A stretch of 64,000 nt of DNA, from assembly GCA_951406725.2 (NCBI GenBank), contig OX597820.1:120466001-120530000 (forward strand). The letters are read 5' to 3'. Source of the stretch: Octopus vulgaris (lineage: Eukaryota). Each line of letters starts with the position of its first letter. Within the stretch, counting starts at the first letter, position 1. The translations under genes and the position numbers were made by a program. Below, piece by piece: positions 55,751 to 64,000 of the stretch. The notes under the pieces were generated by a model. The model had not been told where the DNA came from and did not search any database. It saw only the letters and a list, made by a program, of their open reading frames with translations.

Positions 55751-56959
55751 TTATATTTCGAATTTTGACTTCTGGACGGTAAAACGAGTCGTTACAAATA
55801 CTGAAAATGCAGAGCATCTTACATATAAACTGAGTGATGTAGAATAAGAATTTCTTCATATTGCTACCTATGTACCTGTGTGAATATGTGTGGGTGTTTG
55901 AGAGGGAAAGACAGGAAGAGAGAGAGAGGGGGGCTCTGCATTACGTCAGTACATAGTGAGTTTACACGAGAGAAATATTTTATCTGATGAGACAACAAAG
56001 ATTTAATCATACGAAAGGAAAAGTTTGAAATATACAGCACAAAGAAATAAGAAGTCTACTTCAATTTATTTTTATAGTATATCTATAGATTTTGTTTCTC
56101 AATATCTTCAACTTCATTCTGTCGGACATTTATTGGTATCAAGTGTAACTAAGAGAGAATTCGATAAGTTGCAGAGTAAGAAAGAAAACGGAAACTTTAC
56201 TATTAGCAAGAACTAATAATTGACTCAAAATTTATTGTAATATAAATCCAAGAATACCTCAAGTGAACAATATATATGAACGCTTAAGTGTCTATCATAT
56301 GTTATATAGTATATATACGCGTATGTACGAAACTTGCGTCAAACGAGGCATATATTTAATAGAGAGGATGGAAGAGAAGCATTAAAACATGCATGCATAA
56401 AAGAATATGTATATAGTGATATATACAATATCAACACATGCGTATGTAGTGAAATGGATGCGAGAAAAATTGAGGAGAAAAGATATAGACTGGGAGAAGA
56501 ATATAATTACCTAAAGTGATAGATCGAATTGAAAGATACACAAAGAAAATATATCCGGATGAACAAATAGATATCATTAAATATTAATGAGTTAGTCAAT
56601 TGATTGTGTGCCTATATCTATTAGTGGTTATGTCTACATGTAGGAATGCTCCCACTACCGTTTCACCATTGTAACATTCACACAGGCATCTGTAACATTA
56701 TATACGGATATAGTCATATGTGGAAGTGTATGAGTGTATGTGTGCCTGTGTGTGTAGGTCTATGTATTTGTGTGTCCATACAGAAGTCCATCCATACACA
56801 TGTATACACACACACACACAAACACACACATATAATATATGCATATCATACACCAACACTCTCATACATTCACATTAATAAACATTTATTTATACGTACA
56901 TGCGAATATCTATTTATAAATCTATCCATCTATATGCCTGTGTGTTTATGCATCTCACG

Positions 56960-57531
<572 letters not shown>

Positions 57532-59116
57532 TATGCATATACATATACATGTGTATGTATAGAGAAATGCGTGAAATCATGTTTACAGCTAGGTAACGGA
57601 GAGCGATTGACGGATACCTACATAATTACATGTATATAAGGAACCATATGTGCAGTCATATGTGCAGTGAATAATAATGCAGTATTATCAAGCAGCATAT
57701 TACATGCCGATGCACGAATCAATATATGCATTAATGTCATTATTATTCAATACGAACGCGTCGCCTGGGATATTTATGCGTAAGGAACCTGGCAGAATGA
57801 CGGTTCTTAGACAACAATTAAGAATATCGTTGGCTGAATTGCATTGTTATACAGATGCGAAAAAGTGCGAATCTGTAGCAATATTTCGATTCATCTCAAT
57901 AATACATTTGAAATAATATTTAGAGAAGAGATAATTTATGTAAAGGGAAAATTATTGGAAACTGAAATTTTATTTGAAATTCCTGTAGAAAAGTATAAAA
58001 TGAACTTCGATGTATTAATTAAGAGATATGTAATTGGGACGAATCGAGATAAGTTAGAAATTATGAAACGACAGTGTGTAGTTTATATCTACTAAAAAAG
58101 AAATTAAAATATTTCTTTCTTAGGTCAAAACTAGAAACATATTAAGTAAAGGAGTAACTCAGGAATGAAATAATAACAAGGGATCATTATACAGAAGGAC
58201 CCAAAGCAAAAGAGAAAACTCTTGAACTTATGGCGAAACTGTGGGATCTGCAGTTTTAAAAGTAATTGCTGCGTGAAAAAATGTATGCAGCCATTGCTAG
58301 AAAAAATGCTTATAAGAACGTTAAAATACCTTTAATAATAAAGCTTAAATGTTTGAAAAATCACCTGCTCAATATAGGTATGATATTTGCATTTGTATAG
58401 GTCGGGACTTATTCAAATACATATCTAGGTGCATGAACAGGTGGATATGTATATACGCTTATATGTGTGCATGTGTGAGAAGCAAATAACATAAGACAAA
58501 AAAATACTTAGAACTAAAATGTGAGATTTTCTAGTAGACTGAAAACCTAGTGACAATCTAGACAAACTGGTATCATTTTCAGATGAAGCATCAAAATGAA
58601 CATAACATCTTTCGAATAAGTTTGGCAAGAAATATTATGTTGATCAGTGTCGGACCATCTACCATCCTTGTGCATCATTGTCGAACTTCTGCAGCTGCAT
58701 CTTTGGGTTGCAATACGCTAGGTGAAGCTTAAAAGTGTGAGCGAGAATGTATTTCCTTTCCTGCAGTGTTTGTTATCCCTTGTTTATTATACTCTGAGTA
58801 TTATTAAGCCCTTATTTAAAAGATCTAAGTTACCCCGGTTTTAAAAAAAAATAGTTGGTAATGTGTATCATAATTGATTTATGGATGCTGACGAAGTATG
58901 CCAAGTGTTTCACATGGAAACGCAAATGGTTAAAGGATTGATGTGAACTAACGCAAGATTCTTATACGTGAAGGCGTGGCTATATCAGCAAAAGATAGTA
59001 TTGAGATGTTACCCGAGTGTGTAGAAGCAAATTCAGAGAGAAACGAAATGAATTCGAGTTGAACGTTGCACTGATGAATAATTACATGATTTTGATACAG
59101 TTATCTATAATGCTGT

Positions 59117-59163
<47 letters not shown>

Positions 59164-59196
59164 AAATATATATGTATATATATATACATATATATA

Positions 59197-59819
59197 GTAA
59201 AAATAATTAAAGGGCGGGCAGCAGGCTGCCTCGCCGCATACCGGAGGAATTAGAAATGGCAGTCAAAGACTGTTTTTTCCATTTTCTATAAGTGGATTTT
59301 CCAAATACGACGAACCCTGCGATTCACATACGCAAAAAACGGAGTAGCAAATAAACGAAACCAATCTCTTACCGTTAATGATGAACATGTTTCTAGATCA
59401 CAAGCACGAAAATAGCTTGATTTCCTTTATCAACACCATATTCGATAGATTTAGCAAATGCCACAGGCCCTCACTTCTGACCAAGCGACATCAGATAGTG
59501 GGGGGAGGTGTGCATATGCTAAAACTAAGTAATGACTGAGAACGTAAATTTTCCCTCCAAAAATTCTGCCGTGTGCGCCGCCTGGCCGATCGCAATGGAA
59601 TAAGAAGTCCACATGGTAATACAATAAAAATGGTAAATAATTTTTCAGTGGTTTTCATATAACCAACAATTATTTACCGGCAAAATTCCGGTATGTAAAT
59701 ATGACAAATTCATCGTCAGGAACTTCTGGAAAGTTCAGTATATAGTGAAAATAATTAAAGGGCGGGCAGCAGGCTGCCTCGCCGCATACCGGAGGAATTA
59801 GAAATGGCAGTCAAAGACT
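59197..59819. mobile_element. (TA)n-embedded element with 75-bp terminal direct repeats (548-bp period)
   Basis: AAAATAATTAAAGGGCGGGCAGCAGGCTGCC...GGCAGTCAAAGACT at 59197-59271 and 59745-59819. Confidence 0.8.
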
Positions 59820-59822
59820 ATA

Positions 59823-59859
<37 letters not shown>

Positions 59860-59875
59860 GCATACATATATATGC

Positions 59876-59929
<54 letters not shown>

Positions 59930-60340
59930 TTGTGTGTGTATTTGGGAGTTGGCGTGTGTACACATACATATATATGCATGTATATGTGCATATTTATATA
60001 TACACAATCTTACCCTTAACACACACACAAGCATATTCTCTTCTTTATCTTTATGAGTATAGTCTCAAATAAAAATAATCGGGTGAATACAACAGTTGTC
60101 TAGATAGATATAGATATGTGGATAATCAAATACGTTAAATTAGAGAGTCTTCAAATCATAAGAGGAGACAATGGTTTTCACAGCAGAATGCAATAGATTG
60201 CTAACACCTTGCATGGTATTTCATTTACAGGTAGCTTTATAAATTCTCTACTAAATGGGCACTAATGCACCCCCCCCCCCAACACACACATACACAAACA
60301 CACACACAAACACAAACAAACACAGAAACGCACATAGCTT

Positions 60341-60409
<69 letters not shown>

Positions 60410-60472
60410 CTGAGAGAGAGAGAATAATAATCAGATTGGTAGAAAGAAATATATACATATACATATATACAT

Positions 60473-60584
<112 letters not shown>

Positions 60585-61399
60585 AACTATATAGAATTAT
60601 CGAATTACATAACACAAATTAACAACGGTGTGCTGCTGCCGAGGCTGTAAAGGCATCCACTGATTAGACAACAATGTAATCTGAGATTGCATCATGACAT
60701 TAACTTACCAGAATGTCTCCTAAAATCATTAGGCAACATTGAAACACATTAATTACATTTTGATAGCAGTCTTCAGAAAGATTCCTCTTCAACCATTTTA
60801 AACAATATCGCTAGCTATTGTGTCTGAATGACGCTAATGCATTCAGCAAATGATGTCATTGAATATTTGTAGTGTGGTGGGGTGGAAGAGAGAAGAGTGA
60901 TGGCTCTCTTTGTAAATTTACTGGTAATCAAACATTGAATATTCAAAACACGCCATCAAGATGTAGGCCTCTCTTACTAAGAGGTAAGTCATTTAACTGA
61001 ATGTTCGTAAATTGAATTTTTGAGTACTGAAATGTAGAAATATTGTGTAATGAAATAATAAGAAAAAAGAGAGAGAAATAATTCAAAAGAAAATACGAAT
61101 TAATAATTTAAATGATGAGGTGTAATGAAATCTTCTGACAAATAAAAGAACCATCGCTACGAGAGTGGAGGTGAGAAACACATGCAACAATTGTCGCACC
61201 TTCTGTAGTAAACTTACGAATGTATATTGGACATGTGATAGTGGGCGTTAGTTACGTATTTGGGTGACTATTGGACAGAAATATAGGTGCAGCACATACA
61301 TACATACATATAAACATACATAAATACACACACGTGTGTGTATACGTGTATGTATGTGTATATATATATATATAGAGAGAGAGAGAAATATATACTTTA

Positions 61400-61984
61400 T
61401 AAATAGGGTTCAACAACGATTTGCTTCACCACATACCGAAGTTTAGAAATAGCAGTCAAAGAAAATCTTAGCTATTCCTTCTACTTTAAAGGGGGTTCCC
61501 AGAAAAACCAAAGCACTTGAAAACAAACGACGCAGGCAAAAGGGAAAAAAACGGAGAAAATCATTCTATATTAGGTTAAAAACTAGTTTCTTTCTGTAGC
61601 ATCGTGCTTGGTAACACGTAGTGGGCAGGGAAGAATGACTGACTCTCATTCGTATTTTGAATTTGGCGGCACTAGCACGGAATACGATCTCTCTGATACC
61701 GTTAGGTGAAGAGATATCTTCCAGTGACTTCAAATTTAATATTTATCATTTAATTATTAATTTATAATTGAGGAATCCCTCGCTGAAGAGCCGAAAATGG
61801 TCGGGTAAGGTATAGTTATTTATTATTTATGCTTTATACTGATCTAATTCCGAAACGTACGTACGTGGATAACCTAATATAGAATGATGTTCGTCGTTTT
61901 TTCCCTTTTGCCTGCGTAGTTTGTTTTCAAGTGCTTTGGTTTTTCTGGGAACCCCCTTTAAAGTAGAAGGAATAGCTAAGTTTT
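61400..61984. mobile_element. Element with ~112-bp inverted arms and internal hammerhead-like motif
   Basis: Arms 61467-61578 and 61870-61980; CTGAAGA...GAAA-CGTACG-TA at 61775-61870. Confidence 0.65.
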
Positions 61985-61999
61985 TTTACACAGTTTGGT

Positions 62000-63250
62000 G
62001 CAGTAGTCCATGCGACTGAGGACGAATATCCTCCAGAGGACAATCATGGTTTCCTTATCTCTGATTCTGAAGGTTTTCAGGATCCATCTAGCCAACTGTC
62101 TGCACTTTGCCGCCACCTTAGTAATGCGCACTTGGAGGCATCATCACTCATGTCGATACCCAGGTCACGCACGGATTTACGTTCTGAGATTGTAATCACC
62201 CCCTGGACCCATGTACACGGAATGTTTTTACTTTCAAGTTTGGGTGCTGGTAGCGCAAGGTTTGGAATTTTCCCGCATTAAACTATATATTTTTGTCCTC
62301 AGCGCATCTGTAAATTGCGTCCAGCTACCCCTGCAGGCGTGCATGATCGCCAGGGTTTTGTAATCTTTGCGGGCCTTTCATGTCCTCTGCGTGGCTAGCC
62401 AGGATGGTTATCGGTGCAGCTGAAGGCTTGTCTGAGAGGGCCACTGTGAAAAGTAGTGGTCCTTAGAGAGTACCCTGTGGAACGCCACTCACTATTTGCG
62501 TTTCTTGTAAGGTGGTACCATTGGCCACCACGGCCAATATAACTACTCACCCAGTTTTCCAGCTATGCCGAGACCACGCAGTTTGTGGCATATCATACCA
62601 TGATCAACTTTATCAAAAGCTTTTGCAAAGTCAAGTTATATTACTTCTACATTTGAGTTCTCGAGTAACTGCTTCAACAGCCAGTCATACTATTGCAGGA
62701 GGTGTGTTAGGAAGCCCCTTCCTGGTCGAAAACCACGCTGATTATCACTCAGCTAGACGTTTTCTTTAAGGAATGTTATTAGTTTCTCTCTGACTATTCA
62801 TTCCATGATTTTGCTGATGTGTGAAGTTAGGGATTAGCCTATAATCTTTGGCATCTGCTCTGCTTTCTCCTTTATGGATTGGACATATTATTCTCTCCCT
62901 GAGTTTGTTTAGCAGCTTGCCATGCGCAAAGAAAACTCTGGAAGAGAATCTGTTGTTGTTTTGCCCGGGCACATTTACACGATTTGAAGAGGATTACTGG
63001 GAAACCATCGGGGCCAGCAGCTGAGTTTATGTCCACCTCATCTATCGCTAGTATTATATTTTCTTCCCCAATGTAGAAGTAATCTATGGTAGCTGCCTCT
63101 CTGGTTGTAGGTGAGGCGGCGAAGAGATCCACTGGTTCGTTCACTTGTCTGGGTACCAAACGGGTAGCAAACACATTTGAACAGGTCATTCAGTACTTCA
63201 CTGATCCTGGTGGGGTTATCTGTGAAGGAGTCTTTTTTTTAGAAAGGGGG
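62000..63250 (-). pseudogene. Decayed non-LTR reverse transcriptase (CR1/L2-group LINE)
   Basis: Minus frames SAAGPDGFP, ICPIHKG.SRADAKDYRLI, LDFAK/AFDKVDH, SGVPQGT..GPLLF, HAED (YADD-like); stops and frameshifts. Confidence 0.85.
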
Positions 63251-63260
63251 TTATATTTTG

Positions 63261-63302
<42 letters not shown>

Positions 63303-63795
63303 ATATTGGTATGTTTATTTTAGTATATTTGTCTGCATGAACGCATCTGTCCAGGAAATGTAGGGAAAATTTTTTTTTTAATATTTAGTCTGGTGTATAT
63401 AATGAACACTTTTACAGCGTTTACATATCAGAATAAACTTATATATTTTTATTAACTTATATCATATTAGATGATTATATTACGCAAATAATGGAGAATA
63501 TATTATAATGAAAGCGAGAGAAACCTAGATAGATAAAGACAAAATGAGTTATAAATAGTGAAATGATATTTGAGGCAAAGCAAGTTATTGATTCTATTTG
63601 TGATATAACATTGTATGGATTCACTTCTGGTTTTGTTATGACGTAATATTTTTTTAAAAAATAGGAAACGCACTAGAACAAATATAGTTAGAAAGAAAGA
63701 ATTAATTTTATATAAGAATAATCAAGTCACTACGGGCAGAATATCAAACTTAATTTGTTCAGACAGCTGGGATATCTGGGGCAGTATGATAGTCG

Positions 63796-63851
<56 letters not shown>
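63796..63851. repeat. (CAT)n microsatellite
   Basis: Seen directly. Confidence 0.95.
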
Positions 63852-63852
<1 letters not shown>

Positions 63853-64000
63853 GCAATTGTTTTTGTTGTCTCAGTCATCCACGTCGTTATCATCATGATC
63901 ATCATGTTTCTTTAGTTTTAACTTTTACAATACTCTTATTTATTTATATGCTCTCTAACAATGTGTAAAATTGTGTAAAAATACTGTGTAAAAATACACG

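Overview
Eukaryotic, AT-rich, microsatellite-dense non-coding DNA. The SINE families and repeat landscape point to an octopus (cephalopod) genome; this is an inference from recalled repeat families. No host protein-coding gene is recognisable, and most ORFs in the track are translations of (TA)n, (CA)n, (ATT)n or (GAT)n repeats. The window contains three abundant tRNA-derived SINE groups, a MITE family with internal TTAGGG tracts, decayed Tc1 and LINE (RTE, CR1-like) fragments, and several short elements embedded in microsatellites that carry type I hammerhead ribozyme motifs. The strongest signal is a pair of retrozyme-like tandem elements inside (TA)n tracts. One is a ~363-bp unit at 20003-20937 whose hammerhead has a compensatory U3:A8 core. 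The other is a 499-bp unit at 31955-32713 with a canonical CUGAUGA/GAAA core. All structures were read by eye; nothing was folded or searched computationally.
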